From the NCBI RefSeq assembly GCF_036321535.1, contig NC_087438.1, forward strand, positions 7,008,001-7,072,000: 64,000 nt of DNA, in the 5' to 3' direction. Shown here in pieces: positions 21,628-35,319 of this stretch (positions are counted from its first letter, which is position 1; each line of letters starts with the position of its first letter). The notes under the pieces are model-generated. The model was not told the DNA's origin. It ran no database searches and saw only the letters and a list, made by a program, of their open reading frames with translations. The position numbers and the translations under genes are program-made. This DNA comes from Camelus dromedarius. Its lineage: Eukaryota.

Positions 21628-22206
21628 TGTGTGAGTTTCCTCTTGCATAACAAGTTACCGTGACCATAGTGGCTTAAAACAACACAGATTTACGACAATC
21701 GTTATTTACAATAATTACAACAATTTACAATAATTTGACATAATTGTAACTTACAATTACCAATTTGCTTACAATTCTGAGGGTCATCAGTCTAGAGAAG
21801 GTCTCACTGGGATAAAATCAAGGTGTCAGCAGGGCTGCATTCCTTTCCAGAGGCTCTCAGGAGAGAGCCTATACCTCACCTTTTCCAACTTCCACAGGCC
21901 ACCTGCCTTCCTTGACCGGTAGCTCCTGCCTCCATCCTCAAAGCCAGCAACCAAGGGCAGGTCCAGTCCTTTTCACACAGCATCACTCTGACCTCCTCTC
22001 CCGCCTCCCCTTCCACTTTTAAGGACCCTTGGGATGACACTGGGCCCAGCTAATCCTGGGTCAGCTCCCCATGTGCTCATTAGCAAACTTAATTCCATCT
22101 GCAGCCATAGTCCCCCTTTTCCACATAACCTGACGTATTTGTAGGTTCTGGGGATTCAGACGTGGACATCTTTGCAAAGGTGGTGGCGACTATTCTGCTC
22201 ACCACA
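21628..22206 (-). mobile_element. MaLR solo LTR, MLT1D-like, with internal low-complexity expansion
   Basis: TAGTGGCTTAAAACAACACAGATTTA..AAAATCAAGGTGTCAGCAGGGCTGCATTCCTT..TTCCACTTTTAAGGACCCTT..ATTCTGCTCACCACA. Confidence 0.9.
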
Positions 22207-25200
22207 CAAGATCTGGGGACGATAATATGGGGAGGTGGAGGGGAAATCTGTCAGAATCAGAGAAGAGGGCAACTGGTAGCAGGACTTAAAATACCAGGGA
22301 GAAGCTTAAGAATCTAGAATGGTCTTGCAAGAGCAAAGCAGGGTGTCAGGCTGGGGAGACCGGGGTTAACAGGTGTGTCATCATAGCAAAAATGGAGGCC
22401 TAGGGAACAAAGCAGGGGCTGGTTGATGAGACTGAGTTACAAGTGGGAACTTGGCCTCAAGAACAAGGTGAAAGTACATTCACGGTCCCTGGGGCAGGAT
22501 CAGAGCAGCGGGGCCAACAAGGCTAATGAAACGTGGGTTCAACTGAGCATTTAACCAGTTCTCAGGGGATCCGCAAGTCCCCCTGACCTTGCAGCAAAGC
22601 AGATCACAGCCTAAAGTTAGAAGGCAAGGGTTGGCAGGAAACAGCCAGGGCATCCTGGTTCAAACCCCAGATTCAAAAAGGCTGAACGCTGATGGAGGGT
22701 GCAACCCAAAAAACGGGACAACGGGAGGAGGAGTTTGATTCAGGATGCAGACTCAGCCAAATGAGGAGATGAACCCGTACACCTGGGGCGTGCCGAGGAG
22801 CGGGAACGGACGGCATGGCTCAGCTCCCCCACGCCAGCTCTGCAGAGTGAGCAGGCAGGTTGCCAGCCAAAGCCAAAAGGGATCCAGAAGATAGAGGGGA
22901 ACTTTCGAGGGTGCGTTGGGGTTGGAAGGCAAAGAGGAATGTTGACAGCGATCAGAGCTGTCCATTGGGAATTGGATTCCAATTCTGCTGTGCAGCCAGC
23001 GATGTGAGTAATCTTCACCGCTGCTCCAGAAAATAGGAAGCCAACCATCCCTCCATCACTAACGCAGAGTCAAATCAGATGTGCTGAGGGCTGCTCAGAA
23101 ACACCAAATCCTGCCTCAGAGTGGCTTGGGCGTGAGCACAGTCGCTCCGCAGGCCTTGTGTCACCAAAGGAAGACGATTATAAGGAATATGTCAGTAATT
23201 CAGAAGTCAAATAAGCACAGGGCATAAAAAGGACCTCTCTCCATGTTGACTTCTCCCTTTGCGCTTAGATGCTCTGATTTCCTAGGAGGCCTTAAGGCAT
23301 CGCTTTGTTTAAGATGCTGAAAGCCCAGCAGCCCCATGTTGTAATTGGTTTTAGCCGTCAGCACAAAGCACCTTTGTCTTATTTCTCGAAAGTCAAAGCC
23401 AATCAATACACACTACACTTTCTACCTCCCCTGGCTAATCAGAAGGTCAACTGGCAAGAAAGTCTCCACCCTGGGGATGGCGAAAATCCTGAGGACTACA
23501 GAAAAGAGCAAACCTCCCCCTGCCTCCCCCTGCCTTCCTCTGGGAAGTTATCAGAGGTGAACCCAAGGGCACTGGCCAAGCAGGGCAATAAGGTTCCAGG
23601 TTAACTTCAAAACGCAGGAGCTAGGACCCAGACGGTGCTCCCATGCCTTTCTGAGTTAGTGCCTTTTCCTAGCCTGGGGCCCCACTATTAAAAACGAATA
23701 TATTAATTGGATCACAGCCAGCACTTTTAACCAAGAGCTTCTGATTTGCAATTTAATAAACTCCTGCCACAGTGGCTAGTTAATGAAAACTAGAGCATTA
23801 AGACCCCATTCAAACACCTCCTTGGCAGCCTTGCCGGGCCAGTTAGCGATAGCACCCAATTTTAAAAGTCAAGCCTTTCATTTCGGAAAGCCTCAAGATC
23901 ACACATGGTTTGCCATGCAAGAGCTATGACTACAAAATGATTTTAAGTCTGCTTAAAAGGTACAGCCCTGGTTAAGTCCAAAATGGAATATTATTTTTGT
24001 ATTATTGCTTCTGGAGGCAAGTCTCAGCCCCCAGGCATTTCCCATGAAATGAAACAACGACCCAACTCAGGGTGATTTAAAAGCAGAGCAGGCCGTTGGG
24101 CAGCCGTGGGGGAGCTTGGGAGGAAATCTCTCTTTCTGCCATTTTCGTGCAATCACCAGGAGAGAAAAAGAACAGTGGATAAGGAAAACAGAAGTAGGTC
24201 ACACCCAGGCATTAATTTCAGGAAATCCAGCACAGGCTTTCATCTCCATTCAGCTGCCACCCATCCCTGGCTGGAGGAGAAATCATCCAGGTCCAGAATA
24301 AATGGGCACCCACCGCCTTCCTGGGTAGGGCCTAAGGGCTTGGAACTGTCTGGTGGCAAATCCATCCGGGGGGAATCGCAGCCCCTGGTGAAGGGGCGAT
24401 ATCACATACCTCCCCAACTGCTACCCCGAAACAGGGATAAAGCACAACAGACCCACCTCCCACAGCATGTGCTCGGGGCCCCAGTTAATTGGGGCCCACA
24501 GATTTGGCCGGCAGGAGTTTGCATTCACACTTTCCAGGTGACTGATGCGGTAAGGCTGCTGAGACTTAATAGTGTGGATGAGTGACCGCCTTCCGCCTTG
24601 TCTGGAAGTGCTTCCTGGACGGCCAAAGTTCTGCATCTGTGGCCCAGGCCTCGTTACTGAGCTTCACTTCTCATAAACAACAATCATCCAGCGTCCTCCA
24701 CAAATTTCTAGAGGCCCACCCCTCATCATCTACACAGTCAAACCATCACGTGTATCCCACAGTTCTCAGACCCCAGGGATTCCCGGGACTGAGTCCTGGG
24801 GAGGCTGCACTTTTACAGGCTCCTCATCGGGGGACATGGCTCTAGGCTCCAAATCAAGAGCCCTCCTCCCAGCCTCTCCTTCGTTATCCACATCCACGTG
24901 TCCCAAGCTGTAGGATGTGGTCCCCAGTGCAGGGGTTGCAGTCAATTTAGGTAAAGAGTGAGAGAAGCATTTTTCACAAATTAGAATACAATTGCAGGTG
25001 TCAGAAATCATTACGGGATCCTTGGTAAATACCGTTTCTTCAAACTTTTCTCCCAGCTGATGCCCGTCCACCCACACACTTCCGGGCATCACACTGTGCC
25101 ACGCGCGGTCCCTGAGGTGGTGGTTGTTACAAAAAATTGGAAAACATGATCTAAACAAATAGTCTCCAGTGGTTTCTCATCTCATACTTCATCCTTTAAG

Positions 25201-25347
25201 ATTTTTTGAAGACTGAACTCTCAATAGATGTATATTTATACATGTATCACTTGTATTTATATACTTATTATGTACATGATATATAATATGATATACCTTA
25301 TACTCAGAAATAAAAATTTTAAATTTCATGTAAAACTAAACAGAAAT

Positions 25348-25420
25348 GTTATATAACTGAATCACATTGCTGTACACCTGAAACTAACACTGTAAATCAA
25401 CTACACTTCAATAAAAAAAA
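25348..25420 (+). mobile_element. Extreme 3' tip of L1
   Basis: ATATAACTGAATCACATTGCTGTACACCTGAAACTAACACTGTAAATCAACTACACTTCAATAAAAAAAA. Confidence 0.85.
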
Positions 25421-25950
25421 TAAGAATTCTTAAATAGAAAAGTTGCTTCCAGTGTTTTCCACTTGCATCCATTCCAATAGCCCTGGGTGCCCAGAACCTG
25501 CCCCCTTGGCAGGAGAGGACAGATACTCCCCGGTCCCTCACCTGTCCTCCACTGTCACAAAGTCCTGCACTTGGGATATGTGATTCCTGCCCACGAGTCC
25601 CTCAGAACCTGGTGAGAAAACTGATACACAAACATCACTATGTTGCAAGAGGAGAAGTGCCAGGACACTGAAGACAAAACGAAGGTGGCGTTACAGAGGA
25701 GAGCTCGTCGGTGTTCCTGCAAGAGGCGGGGGGCGTCCCCCAGACGGCGGCCTGTGAGCTGGTTGGTAGAGGGTGGGTGGGCGACACTGGACTGCGGAGA
25801 GGAGGAATGAATCTCCAGACAAAAGGAGTCAACACTGTGGCCCTTCCTGCCCTTCACAATCACCTGGGCACTTGTTTAAAATTCCCTGAACTCCTCCTCC
25901 CAGAGTCCAACTCGGCCCAGCTCTTGCACAGAGCTGCCTCCCCCTTCCTG

Positions 25951-25964
25951 CCGCCCCCCAGTGG
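25951..25964 (-). promoter_or_regulatory. Candidate CTCF core motif
   Basis: Minus strand CCACTGGGGGGCGG, one mismatch to CCASYAGRKGGCRS. Confidence 0.3.
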
Positions 25965-27806
25965 ACTGCAGCATCAGCTAAACGTGGAGTAAGAAATCCC
26001 AGGTTCTCAGCGCACGTATAGGAGCCAGCAAGTCACTCAGGCAAAGCTGGTTTTGGTTGTATTTTTGGTTTGGTTTTTTTTGTTTGTTTGTTTTTTTACA
26101 CTGATAGAGTTCAGTCTTACACCACTCACACTCAGTGGGAAAAGGCTTCACACCCCCAAATGCAGTTCAGCCTGATGTCCTTTGTAGAAATTGTTTAATT
26201 GTTTCTCCATCTAGCAGCCATGCCTCCTCTCTCCTCCTTATGGGAAACCTCCTCTCACAACTTCCGGGGTTCCCACTCGCGCTCCAGGATGGTGCCTAAG
26301 GTAATTTATCAGCATATTGCAACCCTCAAACTACAGCGATTGATTGGGGGGGGGGGCATAAATCCACACAGGAAATCAGAACAAGGGAGCAAGGTGACCT
26401 CAGCTGGGACTGTTCGCAGAGAGACGCGTGCTCTTCCCCTCCCATCCCCACATGAACTTAAGATGAGGCGACGCCCAGGCTGCGGCTGCCTCTAACCACC
26501 CTGGGGTGGGGCAGGGGACTTTCTGAGACAGAATTCACACAGAGGAAGTAGAACTCATACCTGGAGAGGGAAACCAGGTCAGGGTAACAAAGTGGGAGCC
26601 CTGGAGCCTGGTCCAGCTTTTCTATTATATACACAGGAAACTCCCTGTTTGTGTTTAGACCAGTTAGAGTAGCATTTTTTATTTCTTGCAACTACAGGGT
26701 CCAACTAATATATCTTCCATCTCCTAGACACACTGCAAGGTGATTGGAGGTTCCCAGCTCCTCGAACCTCTATGCACAGGGTAGGCACTCGGTAAATTTT
26801 TATTGACTACATGAACAGATGGTTCTTTTTCAAAGCAGAAAAACAAAAGTTACAACAGAAAATTTTATTTTTCCAAAGAGCAATTTTGGGCATGGCTAGC
26901 ATACCCTCTACCTGATCAGATGTCAAAATAAAACCACTTTCTTAAACATCTAAAAGAGAAACTATAAAACATAAGTGGCCAAAATTCATTTGATCTGTAT
27001 AACCCAATATGCATGATAAACCATGGCTATCAATGTTCCCCTGATCCTTAATAATCTAATTCTATAATTTTCTAAGATTCTCTTCCAAAATCCAAATGTA
27101 AAATTAAGATTAAAGGATCATTACAACTGAGTCAAGCTCAATAAAACGTGCATCCATCCAACAGTAAGTCAGTTCACAGGGCCAGCATGCCTCTATGTGC
27201 CACCAACGTGAGATGCCTCAGAAGCTATGATGACACTGGACTCGGTAACTAGAGAGAAGGGTGAAGTCTACCAAGTTGTTCCAGGCATTTTGTAGAAAGG
27301 AATTCTGTCTTATCTGCTAGATTAGCTTCTGGATTCTCTAAGATCTTTTCCAACCAAAACACTAATTACTATCAAAAATGTTTCTACTCTTTATTTTGTA
27401 AGTTTTATAAGACTGGGGAAAATTATAACTAAAAAGATTAAAAGTTACAAACTCCTAACTTGTCTAGGTGCAAACATTGTATAAGAATTCTTTACTTGTA
27501 ATTAACAGAAACCCAATTAGAAAAGTGTGGGCAAAAGCTGGCGGTCCATTGGCTCATGTTAAGCCTGTTGTCCTTGCGAAAGGTGGGGAGAGATGGAACC
27601 AAAAACCTAAATGGTTTCAGGATTCTATTTCTAGCTCGTTCTCCAGAAGTTGACTCTACCATCCCAGGAGGCCTGAGGCCGAAAGCAGAGCCACCAGCTA
27701 CTCTGCATTTCGTATTCACAGCTTGGTGGCCAGAAGGAGGAAGACTTCGTTTCCAGTCCGTATCTCCCAGGGGAGAACTCTGATCAGCCAGTTTAGGTTA
27801 GATGTT

Positions 27807-27905
27807 GGGTAGCCAACTGTCCCAGTCTGCCTGGGACTGGGGAGGTTCCTGGGATGTGGAGCTTTCCATTTTGAAACTGGGGAAGTCTGAGCTAGTAGAA
27901 CCCTA
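27807..27905 (+). mobile_element. MER81-like (hAT-Blackjack) MITE
   Basis: GGGTAGCCAACTGTCCCAGTCTGCCTGGGACTG..GGTTCCTGGGATGTGG..CTTTC..AAACTGGGGAAGTC. Confidence 0.75.
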
Positions 27906-29966
27906 GAGTTAATGCTACTTCCAAACCAATTACTGTAGCCAGTGAGGTGAGTTATTAACACTCTAATCTAGGCCAGGTGTCTGCCCTTTCATGGATGACA
28001 GCTGGGACCCATTCACGACCCACAATGTGGGACCAGGGAAAAGAGTGACTTCCAACAAGAAGGGTGGCTTAGAAATGACCACCAAAAGATGACCGTGAGG
28101 TGGGCAGCTGTCCCAGTCTGTCTATCATACATACCTAGTAATCTGGCTAAGGGATTCCTGAAACCATTCCAGTCAAACTTATCATGGAATTTTAATTCTC
28201 TAAACTCACCAGAATGAGTCTTATTCCATTATTGCGTCAACTTGATAAATGCTACCCTGGTGAACCGAAATAGTTAACACACACCTTCAACCACTTCCGT
28301 ATCCAAGAAATCTAATTCATTTCTTAGAAACTATCCCACTAAGTACTACATTAATCACTTGCCTTGTCTTCAAAACTACATGCTCTGTCAAAACACATCC
28401 TACAGTTTGATGTTAAACAGTCTGAAGCATTTATAACAAAATAATGTATGCACGCTGTCAAATTGCATCTTTCACCTTCTAGCAATTTTCTTTTCCTGAG
28501 AATTTAGTTTCCCCTCCATGGACTTTAGAATTGCTTGAATTCTTTAGCTCATTCTTTCAGGAAACAGAATTAATATTTAAAAGCAGTAACAGTGTAATTT
28601 CAAGAATGTCTCAGCAATAACCAGAGTTCCCATAACATAAATTTTCCTCTCCTTTTAGTTATCTTATTTCCTTTACCAAGTCACACAATCAAGACAAGCT
28701 GGGGGAAAAAAAGAGTTTGAATTATATTATATCTCCCAAGAAGACTTAAGTTTGTTGAACCAAGATGCAAATACAAACAGGCAAGGACATTTCTGGGCTG
28801 CCTTCAGTTGCTTGCGCTTTTAAGAAAATAGATTCAGTACCACGTCATAGTGTCAAGAATCACCCTGGGTGACAAAAGTGGAAAAAGTCACAACTGTCCC
28901 TAATTGTCCCACTCTCAGCATTGCTTCTCACTACCTGTGTCCCAACTGCCAGTAGACTAGAAAATAGAGTTTTCTAGCTAGAAGGTGGTCACTCTGGGAC
29001 CACTGATGGCCGCCAGGGACATCCTGACCTCTCGAGCATGAAGGATCTATTTGTTCCTTGATTCAGATGATTCAAGTTGGATATTTCTCCAAAGGATAGT
29101 TAATAGAAAACTAAGGGCAAACAGAGCAGTAGAAAATATCAAAGGACAGGTGTGGATATGTTTTACAGAGCGAAGGTGCTATGTTCTGAGGCTACTGAAA
29201 TAAGACAGGTCTTGTTCCTCCCTGAGCAAAGAAATGGCCTCCTTAATCCTCAGCTCAGAAAGTGAACAAAATACTTGCATCCTCATAGAACGACTGAGTT
29301 CCACGTGGTCCCTAATCCCTTCTCTCCTCACTTTCAGCATCTTTGCAAAAATTGCACAATGTTAGGTGAAGAAGAAGCTGTAAGACTGGGAGGAAAGTAC
29401 ACCCTGGAGGATGGACAGAAAGGTTTAGAAGGAAGGGGAAATTCCTGGAAAGGAAGGAAAGTGGGTTAACCACACAACAGAGAGTAGAACCAAGACATCT
29501 TGGGGAGCACACTGATGGGGGACAAACAGAGCCCCCACGGCCAGGCAGAGGTGGAGCCCCCACTGGGTCCAGGACAGAGAGGTTCTGCCTTGTGTCCCAG
29601 GCCCAGCTGCCCTCAGCTTGACTTTGCCCCCAGCCCCAGTTAGTGAACTGGTGAAAGACGCCTTGAATCATGAACTGCATCACCTAATTTTAAAATGACT
29701 GTTGTTTTTTGAATCCCTGAAACTGAAGGCAAACTGAGACAAACAAACCTAAACAACGGAGAAAGGATTTTTCTCAAGTGAGTTTGCAACACAACATTTT
29801 GAATGCACATCCTTAAAGTTTTCATTCTAGGGACCAAAAAAAAAATGACGTCTTAAAGTTGAACTTCACTTGGTATTTTTATAGTTTGTAATAATATGTG
29901 CACAGATACCTTGAAGCTGTTCACTTTGTATTATATGATCGAGTAATAAGTAAGTATGCTAACAAC

Positions 29967-30448
29967 TGCTGTAGGTTGAATATCGGCCCTCCAAAAAGAA
30001 CCGTGATTTAGTCCCTGGAACCTGTGAATGTCACCTTAAATGAAAGAAAAAAATTACTCTGCAGAAGTGATCAAGTTAAGGATCTTGAAGAGGGGAGGTT
30101 AGCCTGTATTATGCAGGTGGCCCTTAAATGCAGTCACATGTATAAGAGCAAGGCAGAGGGAGGTGACAGGCCCACAGAGGAGGGGCCTGTGCGATCACAG
30201 AGGCAGAGATTAGGATGACACGGCCCTGAGCCAGGAAGCCCACACCCACCCAGCTCTGGAGGGGCCAGGAACAGACATCCTCCAAAGCTCCCTGCAAGGG
30301 CACAGCTCTGATGACACCTGGATTTCACTCCAATGATACTGATTTCAGACTTGTGGCTTCCAGAACTGCAAGAGGATGAATTTCTATTGCTTTACGTTAC
30401 CAAGGTGTAATAATTAATTTGTTACAGCAGCCACGGGAAACTCATACA
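29967..30448 (+). mobile_element. MaLR solo LTR, MLT1D-like
   Basis: CCCTGGAACCTGTGAATGTCACCTTA..TTAAGGATCTTGA..CTGATTTCAGACTT..CCAGAACTGCAAGAG..TTTGTTACAGCAGCCACGGGAAACTCATACA. Confidence 0.9.
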
Positions 30449-30589
30449 ACACCATACATCATGATCATGATGTTAGGAATCAGTAATTCCAGGGTAAGAG
30501 GAAAGATGTACAATTACGAACATCAGAGAAACTAAGTGTACATACTGTCATTAAACTCAACTTGGAACTATCGGTATGAACTCATGGGT

Positions 30590-30835
30590 CTTTTTAAATG
30601 AGGTATAATTAATATACAGCATTACATTAGTTTCAGGTGTACAACATAATGATTTGATATTTGTATATATAATAAAATGATCACCACAATAGGTCTCATT
30701 AACACCTATCGCCACGTGTAGTTACAGGATTTTATGTTCTTGTGATGCAAACTTTTAAGATCTGCTCTCTTAACAACTTTCAAATATGCGATACAGTATT
30801 ATTAACTATAGTCACCATGTTGTACATTACATTTT
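30590..30835 (-). mobile_element. Short L1 3' end
   Basis: GAGGTATAATT..TTAGTTTCAGGTGTACAACATAATGATTTGATATTTGTATAT..TATTATTAACTATAGTCACCATGTTGTACATTA. Confidence 0.9.
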
Positions 30836-32366
30836 AAAATAAGATATTGTGTTGAATCTGAGTCACCTTTTTTGTTACATCTTGTGATCTATTTTTTCAA
30901 TATTACGTAAAATAATTATGCAACATACAATGAATGAAGGCTTAGTTTTGGTGAAATGTAAAATATACTTCCTAGTTTTGAGAACAGACATTGCCTAGAA
31001 GCTCCTACTATCCAAATTTGTGACAATTTGAACCACAAAAAAAAGAATATCAATTAGAGTGGATTGAAAAAATGAATCATTGAGAATAGATTAGTCCATA
31101 ATGATACTAAAAAAAAAAAAAAGGAGAGATCAAGAAAAATTTCTTAGGTCACAATCTGCTGTAACTTACTTTGAAGTTGGTGATTAAAATGAAAGAATTT
31201 AGGTTTTATCAAACCTTCCCAGTAAAAATAGTATTTCAGAGAAATCAATTATCTGGTTGATGAAGGAAAGCTCTGCTTTACAGAAGAATGACAGATAACA
31301 GTGAGAAGAAATAATGGAACTGAGAAATCAGCACTCTGCAAAGCTTTACGAAGCCACTGGGCAGGCAAGGATAGTCAAATGATGTTAAAACTATTGGGTA
31401 TGACTGATGGAAATTGGACATTCATATAGCGCCCAAGAAGCAACACACAGATTATTTGCCAACATCAAGAAGAAAAATCAGTAATTTTGTCATGGAGGAA
31501 TCAAGCCATTATCATCATAATCTAGTGGCCAAACTCACTTCTGGTGTCATAAGATATTATGTGCCCAAAGCAAAATGAGGCACACAACATCACCTGTGAT
31601 GGTTTCTAATCAAAAACTTGTGAATCGGATCCATTAATCCTGTGGAAATAACTCTTCATTTATGGGAAACAGAAGGGCGAGAGGACCAAGTTCAATGGCA
31701 CCATGAAAGGCAAATCTCACAAATCCAGGAAGTGGGCATCTCGCAGGGAAGTTGCCTGGCCATCTCAACAAGTTATGGTCGCGAAAACAAAGAGGGAAGT
31801 GCGTCTGAGTGAAGGAGACTTGAGCATTCAACAGCCAGATTCAGTGAGTGGTCCTGGGTTGGGCTGAGTTTGAACAAATCACCTACACTGGACATTCGGG
31901 GGACAATTGGAAAAACCTGAATCAGGACTGTGTATAGGATAAAGCAAAAATGGATGGACGTGGAAAGGTGGAGGTTATTAACTGAAAAAGCACCTTATTA
32001 CACAGCCTGGGTAGTATGGTCTTATTTTGGTTTTAAAAAGCACACAGAGACATACATATAAAAAATAATTTTTATGTGTAATATATATATAATATTACAC
32101 ACACATGGAACAATATGCCCTAAGGTATTTAAAGTGATCGTTTCTGAATGATAGGAATAAGGTGCTTTTATTTCTCTGCATTTTCTAACTTCCAAGGATA
32201 TTCATTTATTGCATTTGCAACAATGAAATTATAGTTAAATAGAAAATAAAACTCATTCAGGATTTCCTTTTTTCTCAGTGTAAAAGACTTAGATACCCTG
32301 GTCGACTTTCTCACTGACTCAACTAAAAATCCTGGATAAATAAACATAAAAACATCTTTCATCTAT

Positions 32367-33210
32367 CTTTTTTTTTTTACTGAAGTACAGTCAGCTACAA
32401 TGTGTCAGTATCTGGTGTACAAGCACAATGTCCCAGTTATGCATATACATACATATATTCATTTTCATAGTCTTTTTCACTAAAGGTTATTACAAGATAT
32501 TGAATATAGTTCCCTGTGCTGTACAATATGAACTTGTTGTTCATCTATTTTCTATATATATTAGTATCGGCAAATCTTGAACTCCCAATTTATCCCCTCC
32601 CAATCCTCTCTCCTCCTGGTAACCATAAGTTTGTTCTCTATGTCTGTGAGTCTGTTTCTGTTTTGCAAATAAGTTTGTTTGCCTTTTATTTTTTAGATTC
32701 CACATATAAGGGATATCATATGGTATTTTTCCTTCTTTCTGGCTTACTTCACTTAGAATGACAATCTCCAGGTCCATCCATGTTGCTGCAAATGCTATTA
32801 CTTTATTGTTTTTTATGGCTGAGTAATATTCCATTGTATACCACCACTTCTTTATCCAGTCATCTGTTGATGGACATTAGGTTGTTTCCAGGTCTTGGCT
32901 ATTGTAAATAGTGTTGCTATGAACATTGGAGATCGTGTATCTTTTGAATTAAAGTTCCCTCTGAATATATGCCCAGGAGTGAGATTGTTGGATCATACAG
33001 TAAGTCTTTTTTTAGTTTTTTGAGGAATCTCCATACTGATTTCCATAACAGCTGCACCAAACTACATTCCCACCAGCAGTGTAGGAGGGTTCCGTTTTCT
33101 CGACAGCCTCTCCAGCATTTATCGTTTGTGGACTTTTTAATGATGGCCATTCTGACTGGTATAAGGTGATACCTCATTATAGCTTTGGCTCACATTTCTC
33201 TGATAATTAG
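32367..33210 (-). mobile_element. Young 5'-truncated L1
   Basis: ORF track 32917-33177 and 32541-32834 are L1 ORF2 C-terminal remnants ([44 protein letters not shown]); TSD AAAAACATCTTT at 32348-32359 and 33211-33222. Confidence 0.95.
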
Positions 33211-33229
33211 AAAAACATCTTTTAAATAT

Positions 33230-34230
33230 AGTAATGAAATAGCTAAAAAGTAAAGACTCTTCCAAAGCACCCCACCCCTAAAGAAGGAAAAGAAGGAGCT
33301 AGAGAATTAACTTCAGTGTGCAAGTTAAAATTTCTAAGATAGACACTAAAAAGAATTGAAAAAAAGTGTAGAACTTCTAAACTATTAGTGAGGATACTGA
33401 ATTGGAGGGGGGGAGACAGAAAAAAGGAGAAATAAATAACAAGAATAAAAGTATATGATAAATATTAACCCAAATATATGTTATGGCAATAATGCAAATG
33501 GATGAAATGTTTCAGTTTAAAGACAAAAATGTTCAGATTCAATTAAAACATTCAGTTGCATGTAGTTTACAGAGGGCACACGTACAATGAGAGAACACAT
33601 GAAGGTTCAAAGGAAAAAGATATGAGAAGATAGACCAGGAAAAGAGTAACAAAAAAGAGCTGGTATCACTCTGCTAGGCATTCAACTGATGGATAGAGAG
33701 ATACACTTACAGATACACACACATATGAATTTACATTATTAGATATGTATACCTTAAGGCAAAAAGCATTTCTAAACAAGGAGTTAAAATTAAAATTTTA
33801 ATTTACCAGGAAGATATAATAATTTGAAACTTGGATACAACTTATAAAATAGACTCTAAATTGACAAAGCCAAAATGACTGAACTATGGAAGAAAAATTC
33901 AAATCAGTAAGTATATGGGAAATTTTCACATACCCTTTTTAGCAACTGATTGGTCAAATTAATTTGCTTAATTAAACAAATGATCATCCTAATGAAGGCT
34001 ATAATATAATTAAGGCTGTAACAGACTTGACCTTAATCACTAAGATTTATTTAAGGTACCATAAAGAATATTGCATCCAAAAAAAAAGGGAAATGCAAAT
34101 TCTTCTCAGGCATATACAAAATATTTATAAATATCAACAATATACTGGTTGTAGAACAAGTCTGAACACATTTTAAAGGATTTAAAGACCACTAGGCAAT
34201 TATTAAAAATCAGTAACAAAGATTTTTAAA
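33230..34230 (+). mobile_element. Ancient L1 ORF2 endonuclease-region remnant
   Basis: A-rich decayed motifs AATGCAAATGGA, TTTACAGAGGGCACAC, AAAGAGCTGGTA, ACCAGGAAGATATAATAATT, ATTCTTCTCAGGCATA. Confidence 0.7.
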
Positions 34231-35319
34231 TACATACGTATTTGTATTATCATTGAGTTACAATAAATTTGGTTATAGCAAAATAATGTGTCTGACTGGG
34301 TGAGCTGGCCATATAGAATCCTCATTAGAATTCTAACAGATGAATATGAGCAACTAACCACAACCATCCAAGGAAGAAATTAATGTTTGCATCTGTGCGT
34401 AAGGGGTTAATTTCGGCTTAATGGGATCTTTTCTTCTTTGGAATGTGGGAACTCATTTGTATCGAAGCAATTCACAGGGTTTTCTGCTTCAGTCCCTGTG
34501 CTTTTCCAAGCCAAAATCTTCTTTCCCACGGTCCAGCAAAATAAAATACTCGGGACAGCTGGATTTTAAAAACACCCTCGTGAGTTGGATCTTTATTAGG
34601 ATAAGCACCAAAAAAAAAAAAAAATCACGAAATTTAGTTCTTCTCTTATATTTTATATACTCAGGACCGAATTCTAAGTACCAGCACCAGAAAACACAAA
34701 TTGGGCACATGGACTTTGCATGTTTAATCCATGCTAAAAAAAGGAAATTTGTAAGCCAAACTGCAATTGAACTTCTTGATAAAGGCCAAAGAACCACTGT
34801 GTGGTTATTTTACATTTGATGTGATATGTGGTTCTCTCTGCTTTTATTTGGAAGATATTCTGGAGCTTAGAAAAGAAGAGTGTGAGTTTAATTAACAGTA
34901 ATGGGAAAATTCCAAAATGCCGTTAGAATGCTTGGCAGACCCTTCCAGTTGTAACTAGAACCTTGAATCATCATCCTGGGCGCTGAAGGGTTTCAGAGCT
35001 GTTTCTATTCTACATTCTTTCTGCAACACTATAGGAAAAACCAAGAGCTCAGAGATGTAGTCTACCCTGAACAGTTTCATCTTCCAGTGAAGACAGATCA
35101 CAATCCCATGCAATTGTTCAAAGATGTCACAATAAAACATTGAAGGAAAGGAAGATGCTCATCAAAGAAGTGGTGACAGGATGACAAGAAAGGGATGGAA
35201 GGGGATAGTGGATTTCAAAGTAATTTCAAGGGTAGCCATGTGTATGTGGCTCATTGCTGCAAGCGGACAAGTTACCCAGTGGTTGGGGAGATTCTGAAAA
35301 GTCTCTTTGCTTCTGACTT

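Larger units (their letters stand above)
29880..32250 (+). mobile_element. Old L1 3' region (L1MC4/5-like), fragmented by later insertions
   Basis: TTAGGAATCAG..AAGATGTACAA..TTGGAACTATCGGTATGAACTCATG; TTGATGAAGGAAAGCTCTGCTTTACAGAAGAATG; GACATT..GGGGACAATTGGAAAAA..TGAAT. Confidence 0.7.

Noticed and set aside
26215..26300. Plus-strand exon candidate (similar one near 47395-47507)
   Set aside because: No recognisable peptide or partner exons; cannot be distinguished from pseudo-exons.
32541..33177. ORFs with clear protein homology (also 39616-40088 and 56964-57359)
   Set aside because: Truncated, disrupted L1 ORF2 C-termini, not host genes.
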